64,000 nucleotides of DNA from Raja brachyura (GCA_963514005.1 OY740785.1:106516001-106580000); one strand, 5' to 3'. Positions 13,865 to 27,580 are shown, counted from the stretch's first letter. Numbers and translations: made by a program. Notes: generated by a model from the sequence alone, not told the origin.

Positions 13865-13969
13865 CCTTATCCAGAAAAACCAGATCCCCATGTTTCGGAT
13901 TCCTGCCATGGATGTGAAGACTATGTACATTGTAATGATAGCAATCAGAATATAATCCAATGGGAATAC
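13865..13969 (-). CDS. LMBRD1: LMBRD1 exon (equivalent to exon 12), 105 bp
   Basis: VFPLDYILIAIITMYIVFTSMAGIRNMGIWFFWIR; ctcAG acceptor, GTaatt donor. Confidence 0.96.
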
Positions 13970-15995
13970 CTGAGGAGAAAGTTTAAAAACACAAGGTGAA
14001 TGCTGTGTTTGTTAAAACAATTTGCAACTTTAACTAGCATCATTAAACTGGAGCAAACCAAAGCATGCAATGTCCTGAATTGCATCAACTCATTTAAAAT
14101 TCTAATTCAAAATGAATAGAATTTCAGATTCTGATATCTAATTGAGTGAATTATACATTAGATGGACCGTGCCTATCATACATGAGATTTTGTTAGAAAA
14201 TAACAGTTTTATTATATGCAAATTGAATTCCAGTGCATGTGTATGTTATGACCATCTCCACTAATCCAAGGCATGGAGTGTTTTTCTCAAGAAAGCCACT
14301 CACTAGAGATTCACAGGAGTAAAAATGATAATACTGTAACGATGAAAATGCGAATCAATGGAGAAATACAAAACACTGCATGTCAAAATAATCATGGACA
14401 CGTGCACCAAGAGGAACACCCTGCTTCATGTACCTCCATCAATTTGAACATTTATAAAGCCCAAGAATGAAATTGATAAATTAATCTACACCTTCTAGAA
14501 ATATAATGAATATTCATGCACACATTTTATCTAAATAGCAATAGAATGGAAAATAATCATATGGCATTTCAGACTCCTGCCCTCATCTGCTGAGTAGTGG
14601 GCATCTTTGGATGAGAGATGCGCATGTATGGATGATCGTAGAAACAAAGAACTGCAGATGTTGGTTTATACAAAAAGATAACGTGCTGGAGTAAATCAGC
14701 GGGTCAGGCAGCATCTCTGGAGAACATTAATTGGTGATGTTTCAGATTGGGACCCTTCTTCAAATATGATGCTTTCTAAGTAAATATGCCTTCTTCACAA
14801 AAACAAAATACATGTCACTGTCTCAATCTGAAGTTAGAACCTTAATATGTATTGGACGATTCAATTGCTCAATTTAAATATTTATTTATAATTTAAATAC
14901 ACTCATTCCATTTTAATGAAGGGTATTCATCCTACAATATTATGTTTCTCCCCCCCCGCAGATATGTCTGACCTGCAGAGTTTTTCCAATCTTTTCTTTT
15001 TTTATAAAAAGATTTCCAGCATCTTATAACAATTTTTAGATACTTGTAAATGAGACCAAAACACCAAAATTAGTTGTTTTCCATCCAAGCAAATTTAAAG
15101 AGCAAATTTAAAGAAATGGCACAAAATGATAATCACATCCTTGGCACAATCTTCAGGGAATCATTTGAAACTGTTAGAAATTAAAATAGCATTATTTTTT
15201 AAAAGTCATATGAAATCATCAAAAGCACCATTGAATTGTGAAGCCATGGGCAGGTATTGGAAATCACCATGGACAGGCATTAACTGATGATGAGTCAGCC
15301 TGTGAAAGGAGGGAATTTTTGTTAAACATTTTCTTTGAACTACCATTCAATTAAATGAAGGAGTTTGGTAGTACAGAATAACTATCTGCTTACTGTTAAA
15401 ACTATGTCAATTGAACCCTAATTGAAATAAACGGATCATTTAGTTCTTAACTTGTTTTTGCTGTGTTACTAAATATAATATGCATGTCACAATACAGCAT
15501 AACTCATCTTCTAAAACACAAAATACACAGTATATACAACTACCAGTGTTCTGGATTTAATTCCAGGGAGGCATCTGATATGTGCAAGACATTTGAGGGT
15601 AGGTTGGGGAGGAAGAGAGAACATGTTGGTAAGCTTATGTTCCACTTCACACATATATTTTGCACAAAAGCTACATTAAGAGTCCAGAATGGGGAAAAAT
15701 TGAAATGCAAACAACAGGAAGCATGCAAAAATACACTAACATCTAAAGAGTGGGGATGTAGACCGATGGGAAGCAAATTAAATTTCATACAGAAGTACAA
15801 TAACAGTGGAATATAATGCCTAAGGCAATAGTATTATAGGATTGAAAGGGACAGTGGATTATACATTGAGGCCAATGCCAGAGAGATACTGGTAAGGATC
15901 TAAATGCTCAATAGAACTATCAGAACAAAAATCCATATACATTGCTGCATCTTATTGTACTATCATCTTGTAGAATTACACAATTTCATACTTAC

Positions 15996-16098
15996 TGTCT
16001 GTAGAATAAGTAAGAGTTCATTTAAAGGATTTCCCAAGTTAGTTTCAAATATTATAAATCCAGAATCAAAACCCATTGAATGGAGTGCTTTATCCAGG
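15996..16098 (-). CDS. LMBRD1: LMBRD1 exon (equivalent to exon 11), 103 bp
   Basis: LDKALHSMGFDSGFIIFETNLGNPLNELLLILQT; tttgcAG acceptor, GTaagt donor. Confidence 0.95.
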
Positions 16099-16344
16099 CT
16101 GCAAAATATTTTGAGAGATAGTGAGAGAGAGAAAGAACAGTTTATATATCTCCACTAATGATTGAGGGGGTCTGTTCATAGTACAAATGTACATTCTACA
16201 CAAGTAAGTAAATGGTAAACACAATGTGAAATGCTGATGTGTTAGTGAAGCATCTGACAAAGGAGCAAGGAAAATTACCCAAAGCTTATGTTTATTTGCT
16301 GAACACAGGAATTTAGGAGTAGACTATTTAAGTCTCAAGCTTGT

Positions 16345-16728
16345 TGTGCCATTCAGTGTTATTTCCATTTTCTCAATTGAATTTTCTCAATTCTGTTAAC
16401 CCAGGCTGCCTCCTCCCCTTCCCACCTCTCCCTCAGCCCTCGGGCCCTGTCATTCCTTCTCTCTCTCTCTATCTCTCCCCCACCCAAGTCGCACTAGCTT
16501 CTCATTTTCACACTACAAACAGCTTACAATGGCCTGTTTCCTTTATCATCGATACTTTTTTGCATATCTTTCATTCATTGTTCTTTATCTCTCCACATCA
16601 CCGTCTATCTCTCGTTTCCCTGATCCCGGACCAGTCTGAAGAAGGGTCTCGACCCGAAACGTCACCTATCTCCTTCGCTCCTTAGATGCTGCTGCACCCG
16701 CTGACTTTCTGCAGCTTTTTGTGTAACC
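16345..16728 (+). mobile_element. Penelope-like element 3' tail with hammerhead-like core at 16636-16663
   Basis: TTGAATTTTCTCAATT, C/T-rich stretch, CTGAAGAAGGGTCTCGACCCGAAACGTC. Confidence 0.7.
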
Positions 16729-17805
16729 CTGCCCTGGGTATCATCTCTTCTCCTATTCTCCTAGATTTTAATTCCCCAATCTTTAAAAGATGCTTCACTA
16801 AACTTGAGAATATAGGTCAAGTGAGCTTAATCACTTCTCATGGGCCAATCTATCATCCCAGGAACCAACATCTCCCTTTTCCATTCCCTCTTTTGCTCAG
16901 CTCATACATCCTCTTGGTCTTTTCACCAAGATGTTTCCCTCCTTCTTGCTCCCTCATTGCTTCACAAATAGACCTCATTCTGTTCCGTTCCTTCAAATAA
17001 TAAGGGTCATTACTACTGACAGCTCAAATCAAGAACATGCAGTGATAATTGAACACTTGCAACGCTGAATACTTTTTGTGTTCTTAATAACAGTATAAAG
17101 GGGGGGTTAGCATTCTTTAAAGGTGGATACATTGCCAGGCATAGCAGACTGTTAAAAGCAGCAACATACAGAATAGCAAAGCCTATAACTACAATGTTTC
17201 TGTCTTATGCTGCCAAATAAAAGTAGGGAAGTGTAAACATTATGCAGATGTTTTATAAGGGAAGAATGGATATACCACTAATTAGAGTTTAACTTTGACA
17301 AACTTTGTTTTTTCTGGGGTGTCGGAGATTGAGGGAATGTTTTATCTAACTTTGATGATCAGCACATTTCTTGAAAACCTTATAATATATATATTATTAG
17401 GCACTTAAAAGGCAAGATTAATGATGTACAGCTTCTTCATTAATCTTGCGTATTTATGGTTTATATTATTTTATATACCCAGTAAGATTTAATTTTCTGA
17501 GGTGGTAAAAAGCAGTACTGATGTTTGATGTTACATTTAACATCACTACCTTCCTCATCCCATCACCATACTCTTTTTCTTCCTTTGTACACTCTTCCTA
17601 TATTCCTAAATTCCCCATTTCACTTTTATTACCCCTCTTCCTTCACCCAAAGCCCTCACACTGGCTTTACAATTCACTCCTCTTTTCTTATCTTTTATCT
17701 CAGTTTCATCTCTTCGTCACATACTTCACCCCACTGCCAAAACCCAGCCATCGCCTGTGTCCACCCATCACATGCTTCGCAGGCAATTTACGATGATCAG
17801 CTTAC

Positions 17806-17870
17806 TTTGATAGAAAGAGAGCAACAATGAACAGAAGAGCCACCAAGATGAAAAACGTCCCCAGTGCAAT
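17806..17870 (-). CDS. LMBRD1: LMBRD1 exon (equivalent to exon 10), 65 bp
   Basis: IALGTFFILVALLFIVALFLS(N); tttacAG acceptor, GTaagc donor. Confidence 0.93.
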
Positions 17871-18152
17871 CTGTAAAATAAGAAACATTCTTAACTTACT
17901 GCCACAATGGATACTTTAAATACTTCATACAGAATATAAACACATGAGAGAATCCGAGGGAAAAGAATGAACAAAGGTAACTTGGAGGTCAGAAAAAAAC
18001 AAAATATTTTGAAGTATAATTTCTTCATGATGAAACGGTTGTAATTTGAAAGACTATAAAGCAAATATTTCAATGACTAATTAATTCAGCAGTAAATGAG
18101 GAAAATAATTAACAAGTGAAAATTTCAGTCTTCTGTTTTATTTTGACAAGTT

Positions 18153-18435
18153 AGGGTGGCACAGTGGGGTGCAGCGGTGGAGTTGCTGCCTTTCAGTACT
18201 GGAGACCCGGGTTCCATCCTGAATATGGGTGCTGTCCATACAGAGTGTTTACGTTCATCCTGTGACCGCATGGGTTTTCTCCAGATGCTCCGCTTTCCTC
18301 CCACATTCCAAATACGTACAGGTCAATACTGTAAATTGGCCGTGGTTTGTAGGATAGAACTAATGTACGGGTGATCGCTGGTCAGCGCGGACTCAGTGTG
18401 CCGAAAGGCCTGTTCCTGCACTGCATTTCTAAACT
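18153..18435 (+). mobile_element. tRNA-derived SINE (V/HE1-like)
   Basis: A box TGGCACAGTGG...GCAGCGGT, B box GGTTCCATCC, core TGACCGCATGGGTTTTCTCC, CR1-like tail. Confidence 0.8.
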
Positions 18436-20136
18436 GCACTTAATTAGTATCATATATTTATAATACAGGAAGGAAGGCATTCATCCCAAGGTTTCCATGC
18501 TGGTCAAACAGAATAGCACTTGAATTGATTCCACTTCTCAACTCTCAGCCCATGTACATTTAAGTTATGGTTCTTTTTGCTGGGATTTCAAACTTAGACA
18601 TATATAGGGAGTGGAGTGCTGCAGATCACACAGCCGCTGGATGAGAACCTGCTCACAAGGCTGCCAAAATAAGATTACATATAGTATAGATGTTTAAATT
18701 TCTCATTGAACAAACTTTTCCTTTTTCCTAACCCTTTGCTTTCAATAGACACAATGTGGAGCAATTTAATACTCGTAAAGTTTATCATTGAACATAGTAC
18801 AGAGTATTCAAAAATTGCAAGTTGCTGCGATCAGCAATAATAGTCAGGAAAATTTGCATGCTGAAATTCAGTGAGATTTTTTATAATGTGAGATATGTTG
18901 CGTTGTTTGAATTATATGACGATGGAAAAAATCTCAAAAGATTTCCAGATCGTATAAACGAAGGTCATAAGTGATAGGAGAATTAGGTTATTAGGCCCAT
19001 CAAGCCTATTCCACCATTCAATTATGGCTGATCTATCTCTCCCTCCTAACCCCATCCTCCTGTCTTCTCCCCATAATCCCTGACACAACTAATTATTCAG
19101 TTACGAGGAATGCAACACCAAACAAATCAGAAGTTTTCACTTTAACGCGCACAGGTAAAAACAAGTTTAGGGCAGGTGATGGAAGAAAAGAGTTACATAA
19201 AATACACGCATTAAAGTTTATAATATTTTCTTTGCACTAAAAATGTTGTCAAACCATCAGAATAAAATACTTTGCAATTAAGAATATATAGTAGTCATTA
19301 ATAGTCAAGATTTATGACATCAAAATAATATCTTTAGAAATTATTAGCTGGTGGTATAACATTTTAACTGAAAACAGCAAACAGATCAAGTTGTGAGTGG
19401 AAGCTGGAGTTTTTTTTTTAAAGAAGGTTTTGACATACAACCTTTTCAATTTATTATACATTTGATTTTTTTCCCTATCCATTTTTGTTCATTCCTTAAC
19501 TCAGGTAACCTTAATATTGAAACTGTTCTTCTCAGTTTGGATAATGGAGTAATATTACCACAGGTTCTACCCATGACATTCTCCTCTGCTACTATGTATG
19601 ATATTAGAAATAAAATGGCACCAGAGATAGAGGGAATTAAAAATACTAAGTCTGTATGGGAGTGAGGGCAATAAGGAAAAATAGACATTTATTAACAAGC
19701 AATCACAAATAGCGTAATTACGGGTTAGAATGCAGATAATATTTTAATATTTACTATTTCCAGCTGCATTGAAGCAGCAAATTAATTTTCCAGTTTTCCC
19801 TCATTCAATGCGTGCAAATGTTTGAATAAGTATCACATTAAATATTGTAAAATTTCAAGATGTCCAAGCATATTAAAAATTCAATATTGATACACTTGCC
19901 TGCAGCTAAATATTGAGACAATTCAATTTTTTAAAGTGAAATGTACCTTCTGGTGGCTATTGAGTCTTTGTGAGGAAGGTGGAAAGAATGCATTATCGAC
20001 TATTTTCTCAGCATTATTGCATGGCAATTGCGTAATAACCATCAACATTTGTAACCCCGCCTACCATGTAGTTATACTGAGGCCCATGGTCTAAATCAAA
20101 TTAATAAAATATATTTATTGGATCTAATGTATGCAC

Positions 20137-20289
20137 CTTAAAAGGCCGTAGAGCACAGCAAAATTTCAACCAGCAACTTTTCTCAGCAGTTTCCAGATGT
20201 CTGTCTCTTCTTCTAAGTGTTCGCAACTTTTCCTCTAGTTTCTGTAAAGATCTTCGGTCTCCTGTGGCTAAAGGGCGGCCATCCTTACA
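20137..20289 (-). CDS. LMBRD1: LMBRD1 exon (equivalent to exon 9), 153 bp
   Basis: CKDGRPLATGDRRSLQKLEEKLRTLRRRDRHLETAEKSCWLKFCCALRPFK; tttcagcAG acceptor, GTgcat donor. Confidence 0.95.
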
Positions 20290-20334
20290 CTGCTGAAAAA
20301 AATTAAGGACATGCATACGAAAAGATCAGGTAAT

Positions 20335-21030
20335 AGACAATAGACAATAGGTGCAGGAGTAGGCCATTCGGCCCTTCGAGCCAGCACCGCTATTTAATGT
20401 GATCATGGGTGATCATTCCCAATCAGTACCCCGTTCCTGCCTTCTCCCGATATGCCCTGACTCCACTATTTCTAAGAGCCCTATCTAGCTCTCTCTTGAA
20501 AGCATCCAGAGAACCTGCCTCCACCGCCCTCTGAGGCAGAGAATTCCACAGACTCACAACTCTCTGTGAGAATAAGCGTTTCCTCGTCTCTGTTCTAAAT
20601 GGCTTACTCCTTATTCTTAATCTGTGGCCCCTGGTTCTGGACTCCCCCAACATCGGGAACATGTATCCTGCCTCTAGCATGTCCAAACCCTTAACAATCT
20701 TATATGTTTCAATGAGATACCCTCTCATCCTTCTGAACTGAGTGTACAAGCCCAGCCGCTCCATTCTCTCAGCATATGACAGTCCCGCCATCCCGGGAAT
20801 TAACCTTGTTAACCTACGCTGCACTCCCTCAATAGCAAGAATGTCTTTCCACAAATTAGGGGACCAAAACTGCACACAATACTCCAGGTGTGGTCTCACT
20901 AGGGCTCTGTGCAACTGCAGAAGGACCTCTTTGCTCCTATATTCAACTCCTCTTGTTATAAAGGCCAACATGCCATTTGCTTTCTTCACTGCCTGCTGTA
21001 CCCGCATGCTTACTTCACTGCCTGCTGTAC
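20335..21030 (-). mobile_element. CR1 LINE 3' fragment
   Basis: KANGMLAFITRGVEYRSKEVLLQL...RPHLEYCVQFWSP; (CTATTGT) tail. Confidence 0.93.
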
Positions 21031-21449
21031 CTGCATCTTTTTCTCATTTAAGTCTACAATTTAAGAATACAAATGTGCTCTCAAGCTTTAACAGGTGCTA
21101 AGCTAGTTTGTAAATGTAATTAGGATTTCTTAAAGATTCATTCAATTTGCTTGGGTTTTGAACTGGAAAAATAACTCGCACGTTCCCCTTAAAAGTAGGA
21201 AAATATTCTGTGTACCTGCATGTTAGACATTATTGACATTTAACATAAATGTCTTTATTGACATTTAACATTAATGGTATTGAGAAGATTCTTTAATATT
21301 TGGATTGAGCATCCCTATAATACTATAGACAGATAAATTATGGTTGATTGTATCACACTAATAAATAGTTGGAAGATCCACATTACAGTTTCATTTTGAG
21401 AATAAAGGTGACAATTGTTATCACAGCTCATGGCCACACTCATCTTTAC

Positions 21450-22300
21450 ATTAGCCATAGAAGCAGGTGATCTCTTTCGGCCTCAGGTGTCTGTTGCGCC
21501 ATTCAAAAAGGCATGCCTGACATCTTACCTCATGGACACTCTGCTGAACTAATCCCATATTTGTTGATTTCTTTCATCTTCAAATATATGTCCATCTGCT
21601 TTGAGTATACTCGCTTGGGCGGAGAATTACAAAAATTCATGACTCTTTGGATGAAGAAATGTATTCTTACATCAGTCCTAAATAACCTATCCTTTTTTTA
21701 AAGACACTGACTCTGTTCCGTTCATTCCAGCAAGGGAAAACATCCCTTTAATGAATATCTCGTCAAGCCCAATGCAGCATTTAATGAGTTCATCGTCTCT
21801 TTTTTTTTAGATAATGTAGGCCTTATTTGATTATTCCCTCCTCATGTGGCGAATATCTCCCATTGCAGGAATCAATCTGGTGCACCTCTGTTGCACTCCC
21901 TTTATCTTGTCCATCCTTCTTTACGTCAAGTTACTAGACCTACATTCAATAATCTGGGTGAAAGCCCTTATGTAATTAGGTCTAATCTTCCGTACTCAAA
22001 TTATTTTGCATTAAAGGCTAACATTTTAACATTTTAAATATTAATTAAAAAATTGCTAACTGCAGTTTAACAGTTTATTGATTTGTGTACAAGGAAACCT
22101 AGATTCTTCTGAACATCTTTCACATCTCAATTACAAAATACTCCATATTCCTACTTTTGTCCTACCAAATCTTTCCGCATCATACACTGTCATGTCCATT
22201 TGATTAGATGTACCTATATTGCCCTCAAAAACCCTTCTTCATTCTCCTCCAAACTTATCATTCATCTATGTAATCACATAGCTTGGTATCATCACTTAAT
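21450..22300 (-). mobile_element. Old, decayed CR1
   Basis: Degenerate CR1 RT C-terminus and 3' UTR motifs. Confidence 0.55.
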
Positions 22301-23121
22301 AACCTTTGTTAGTTTTACAATGTCATGATTTAAATACTTGTTCATAAACTTTTTTTTAATGCATCTGAATTAGACAACATTCTATATTAGAAGTTGAACG
22401 GCAGAGGTCTAGAATAGATTCATGAAATTAGGGGCAGTTAACTGATATGCAACTAAATAGAGCAAAGAGTATGTACTGGCATTTCTATATAATGAAAAAA
22501 AAAGAATGGATTAAATGAAAGGAAGCTCATGTAAAGCATAAATACAGATAAAGACTGGTCTGGGAAGAATTCTGTTTCTGTATATAAATTCTGTACAAAA
22601 TTAAACCAATCTAATTCACTGAAGTTTTCTACCATCACCTAAAGTCTTTTAGTTCTACTAGTTTGGCTGCTATAAAGTATGGGGAAGTTTAAAAAAAAAA
22701 TGGAGTTTTCTGTTAGGATCCCATTCCACATTATTTTTTAAAAATTTGGAAATTACATGGAATGCATAATGTAAGCACAATTCATTAGTAATTTAATTAT
22801 TCAGTTCTCTGGAAACTAACAATCAGTAATTTGAGAACTATTAAAAAAATGCTGGAAATACTCAGCAGGTTATGCTGCATGTGGTGCAAGAGAGATATTA
22901 CTTCTGGTCAACAGCCTTTGATCAGATCAAGATGAATGTTCTGATGGGAGGTCACCAGCCTAAAGAATTAATTCCATTTATCCCACTGCAGATGCTGCCT
23001 GCCTGCTGAGTATTTTCAACATTTACAGTTTTTATTTCAGACTTCAAACAACTCTTAGTGAACCCTTTGTTAAAAAAGTCCTAAATTATATATATTTTTT
23101 ATTGACATTTAACATTATAAC

Positions 23122-23247
23122 CTTGGATTTAATCTTCTCCATTTGCTGCTCCACTTCTTCAAGGTCTTCAGTATTTTGCAGTCGTTCATACACCACATTC
23201 TTTGTACCTTTTATCAGGTTTAATGGCAATGCAGACATTCCATACGC
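23122..23247 (-). CDS. LMBRD1: LMBRD1 exon (equivalent to exon 8), 126 bp
   Basis: AYGMSALPLNLIKGTKNVVYERLQNTEDLEEVEQQMEKIKSK; acceptor cttcaAG, donor GTtata; phase fits the neighbouring exons. Confidence 0.95.
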
Positions 23248-24169
23248 CTTGAAGAAAAAATACAAAGAATAAGTACACAATAGGAATACTAAGAACACTA
23301 CTGCAAAGTCAGTTGAGAATGCTTTCATAACTAAATGTATTCTTCATGTCATTTGAAAGAAGCTACCTATGCTGGAAATTCATGTAATGAATGTATAACA
23401 ACTGTAATACATAATTAAAGCATCCAAAGCAGTGCATACAACTTTTCCCCCGCACTGAGCAAAATATTATTTCAGATAACTATAGAGATTGAATTATGAA
23501 AATCACTATAACTATTATAAATCGCTATTAATGAGTAATTCTCTGTCATGATGACTAATCACAAGGAGATAATTCAACAGTAAAATTGCATCACTAAACG
23601 GGTTCTTATTGGAAACCATAACAATATAATGTGGAAGATAAATAACTTGGAAATGTTAGCAAGAGATCAAAAGGAGTTCAAGGCTATTTCTTAAATTGCA
23701 TAATTAAGCATACAGTTTGCAAAGATTTGTAAAAGCTTCCATAATTAGTACTTACGGATGGCAACTGGCATTTATAAGAAACTGGAGCATCATTTTCATC
23801 ACAAACACAACTTCTATCTTACTCCATGTAATTTTAGATAAACCTGTTGGAACGGTAGCCTCTCATCCAAGCCTTTTAGTCCGTGGATCTGAGGGGCCTA
23901 CCGTGCACCCGCCCCCCACTTCTTGGGTGTCATTTTGTTCCTCGGCATCTCTTCTGTCGGGAAAATGATCTTCCCAAGAAAAGAAAACTCATTTAGACTA
24001 TGTTTTTTAACCCCTTATTTCAATCTATGTCAAAATTGTGTTTTGTCACACTTTGCCCTCTTTCTTGTGGCCCTCTTCCATCATCCTATGTTAACCAGTA
24101 AGCAAATCCAGATTTTCGTGTGCAGCACTGGAAGCCTGATGATGGGGATGTAGCATTCAAACAGTGTAC

Positions 24170-26569
24170 AATAAAAGATCTGGCATGGATGCTTTCCCAG
24201 AAAGTGAGTAATGAGAAAGGTTAAGAGCTTCCAGCTTGGGCTGGATTTGTCTCAGCAACAGGTGAAGCGTCTTCAAATGTTACCACAATTGACTACTATC
24301 CTGTGATCAATCATCCCATCACAGAATTTAGTACAGTCCAAGAGTGTTTAAGAGCTTCTGAAGAAGCAAGTCATGAGGTTGGCCAAGAATATGTAATTAC
24401 AACATTCGACTTGGGTGTCTGCATGAAGGCATATCCGCTCGTGTGGAGTCATCCTGCAAAGTACATGAAACACATTGTGTTGATTGGCACATTTCATGTC
24501 ATTTGTGCATACTTTTAAATGCTTGGAAGGAAAATGGAAGGATCCGGACTTCAGGAGACCTCATGGAATCGGGACTCATGTCTACTGGTTCTATGAAAGG
24601 TGTCATGACAGGAAAGATAACTACGACAGAATTCTGCACTGCCACAAGACGATGGTGGAGTGCTTAGAGAGGCTCCTTCATGATGAATTCCTGTCTATGG
24701 ATGGAAAAGATGCAGTGCTGTCCGGTATATCAGAGGAATCAAAGGGTATCTTTCAAGAGCTAATCTGATCGCCAGGCACTTGCTAAAGTCATGGCCAATG
24801 CAGATCTCAACACATTGATGGAGTCGTATGAGAGCTTCAAAGCTGGTGTTCGAAAAGGAGCTCTCGGGAAGATTGCACAATTTTGGTTGTCGTACATGGA
24901 TTCTGTGTGGATTGCTCTCTCATTGAATAGGTCTGTGAAAGAGAACAACTTTCCGTTGAACTTGCACTGTTTGTTTCTTATGCCCGATCTCTTCTTCACC
25001 TTCGGTGGTCACAGTTAACCCCGCTATCTGACCTACCTTGCTGTGTTCTTGGCAAACATCGAAGAATCACATCCCGGTGCCCTGGCCTTCCTCAAAAGAA
25101 GCGCCATCGGTGTCGCTAGGTCGTTTATACCAGGAAACCGATGTGCTGTTGACAAAACGATTGAGGAGACGATCATGAAGCATGACAAATCTCAAGGCGC
25201 TGGTATTGGTGTTAGACTCTCTGGCATCTTGGAGAATCACAGTGCTTATCAGAGATGGGTTCTGCAACTCTCAGCCGCACAGACATGACTTCTGGTACCA
25301 ATCGCGGAAGCAAACACAGAGATCAACAACCAACTGGGATGAGGAAAAGTGAGGCATGTGTAAAGAAAGCCATTGATGCTGTAAAGAGCTTCCTGAATCC
25401 TTTTGACGTAGATGACAAGACTGGGTTATATGTACTCTCTTCTGGTGCACGTGTTCCAGCTGAAGTTGAGAAAGATGTCATAAAGGTTCTTATCACAGGG
25501 AAAGAACAGAAAAAGAAGTTCATCAGAGAGCGACTTGAGAAAAATACAGCATTCTCCAAACCCATCAAGAATCTGAAGCTTAAAACCATGGCTGAAACAA
25601 AGAAAAGAGTGAAGCTGAAACCATTTGAACGAAAGATTCAACAACAAGGAGATATTGCTTTTCAACTGATGGTCAAAGCATAAAGTTCTGGCAGTCATCT
25701 CAATCTACGGGAGATCATGAATTATTCTCTGACCCCTGTACCATACTCCATTGGTACATCAGACAACTTATTTGCAAAGACTGAATAATCCAAGGGCCTA
25801 CACTACCTATTGAAAGATGTAGACAACTCACAACCTCCAGTCTTATGTACAAACCAGATTCAGTGAAGTCAAGTGAACGGAAACGACGTGGGTGTGTGGG
25901 GATGAGATTAATCAAAGGAGGAAAGATCAAAAAACCAAGAGATTGGAAGCAGTTCTTGACCAATGATGAGAACAAGAAACAGCTCATTGACCTTCTTCTT
26001 GATGTATGGAATGAGCATGACATGGCAAAGAGGCTACATGGAAGGAAGGTGATCTTCATTAAGGAAGGAGAGACCACACTTCTTACTTCTCAGAATGGGA
26101 AAGAGACACTGCAGTCTGAGATTCAATCCCTGAAGTCAAACCAAGAAGGAACAGACTTGCGAGTCATCCTATGATCACTATGATCATATTGAATGGCGGT
26201 GCAGGCTCGAAGGGCCGAATGGCCTACTCCTGCACCTATTTTCTATGGTTCTATCCTATACTGCAACTATGGCAAAGTGCAAGGATATGACCACGTACAA
26301 GTCAAAAGCCCAACAGCTATATGTTTTTCATATTGCTTCACTATGCAAACAGCATTCAATATACCACAGTGTTCTTAGACACAGGGAGAGGCAACAGGCA
26401 AAGGCTAATAGATGTCTTCCATTTTGCAAAGCAGTCCTCCTCAGAATACTGCACAGCATTACTTGGACTGCATGCGTTCTCAGGCTGTGACTCAACAAGT
26501 GCCTTCAAAGGAATCGGCAAAGTCAAGCCAATCAAACTGATGCAACAGTGTAACAAATTTGTGAAACCT
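24170..26569 (+). pseudogene. Academ transposase/XPG-nuclease pseudogene (continues briefly at 38404-38455 after the provirus)
   Basis: Frameshifted fragments ITTFDLGVCMKAY...LIGTFHVIC, AVDKTIEETIMK, SNQEGTDLRVILY, LLGLHAFSGCDSTSAFKGIGKVKP (XPG/FEN1 H3TH-like GCD motif). Confidence 0.8.
26173..26252 (+). mobile_element. Short 5'-truncated CR1 3' tail inside the Academ ORF
   Basis: ...GGCTCGAAGGGCCGAATGGCCTACTCCTGCACCTATTTTCTATGGTTCT flanked by ATCCTAT duplication; removing it restores RVILYCNYGK. Confidence 0.8.
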
Positions 26570-27231
26570 TATGGAAGGTATAGAGACTTAGACTTAATTA
26601 ACAAACATTTATCACAGCCAGCAGCAGAGATGTCAGCTATTTTATGTAATCAGACATCAGCTCAGCATACTTACTCACGTGCTTGTATGTTAGTTAGTCA
26701 GCAGCACTTAATTAAGTCTTTTTATCTAGTAAACAAGTTATTTCTTATTTTTACTTTTGCTTTGTACTCTTAATAAATACATTTGTATCTTTGTGTAAAA
26801 CATATAAACCAATATGTAGCAGTGTAACATGGTGTAACCCTGTAACTTTAGCTGAAACTTAATGGGGGCAGGAGATGGCTGAGAGATTAGAAGTTAAACA
26901 TAAGGGTGGCAAAGCAAGGAGAGATATATGAGGGGAGGTGTGGAGATTGAACCAAGGTCGAGACATAATGGTGGCAAGACAGAAGAGATTAGTCTTGAAG
27001 GTAGGTTGGTGCAAAAGGAGTACAGCATGCAGATAATGAAGCAGAGATAAGACTGAAAAACCGTAATAAAAAGCTGTCTGGTTCTGTGTATTATTGAGCA
27101 ATTAGAGAACAGGCAGTGGTCTCATCTCTGACTGCTCCAGCCAATATTTGCAAATAAAGGCTTTTCGTCTTCTTGAAGAACTCTCCGTGTCTGTTTCATC
27201 GTATCCAGCTTTGAGTCTCAGAACCACGACA
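26570..27231 (+). repeat. ERV 5' LTR (~662 bp)
   Basis: Direct repeat of 37749-38403; contains AATAAA near 27152; ends ...CCACGACA just before the PBS; exact 5' edge uncertain by a few bp. Confidence 0.95.
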
Positions 27232-27235
27232 AAAT

Positions 27236-27253
27236 TGGCGCTGCGAGCAGGGT
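27236..27253 (+). promoter_or_regulatory. Primer-binding site, tRNA-Ser type
   Basis: TGGCGCTGCGAGCAGGGT; 17/18 complementary to the 3' end of vertebrate tRNA-Ser(UGA) as recalled (ACCCUGCUCGCUGCG-CCA). Confidence 0.8.
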
Positions 27254-27580
27254 AGGACAGAGGTCCGTTCAACAGAGGACGACCAGCCAAGGGCGCTTCC
27301 TCGCCCCACTGGGCTCCCCGGGACAACAGGAAAAGGGTGGCCACCCGCAGCAAAGGTAAGCGGTTTTTCCGCTTTATTTGGACTAGCAACCTGTTGAAAA
27401 CGGGGACCACCAGGGGCACAGAAGTGTCTGGGCGCTCGAGAGGGCCTCTCCTACCCAACGAATCGGGCACTAAATTGTTCTAAAAAGAGACCCGGAGGGC
27501 TGTCCAAGAAGGCTGCTCTGTGTGGTAAGTAATAATATTTGTGATACGAAAGTACAACATTACATTGTGTGATATTATTA

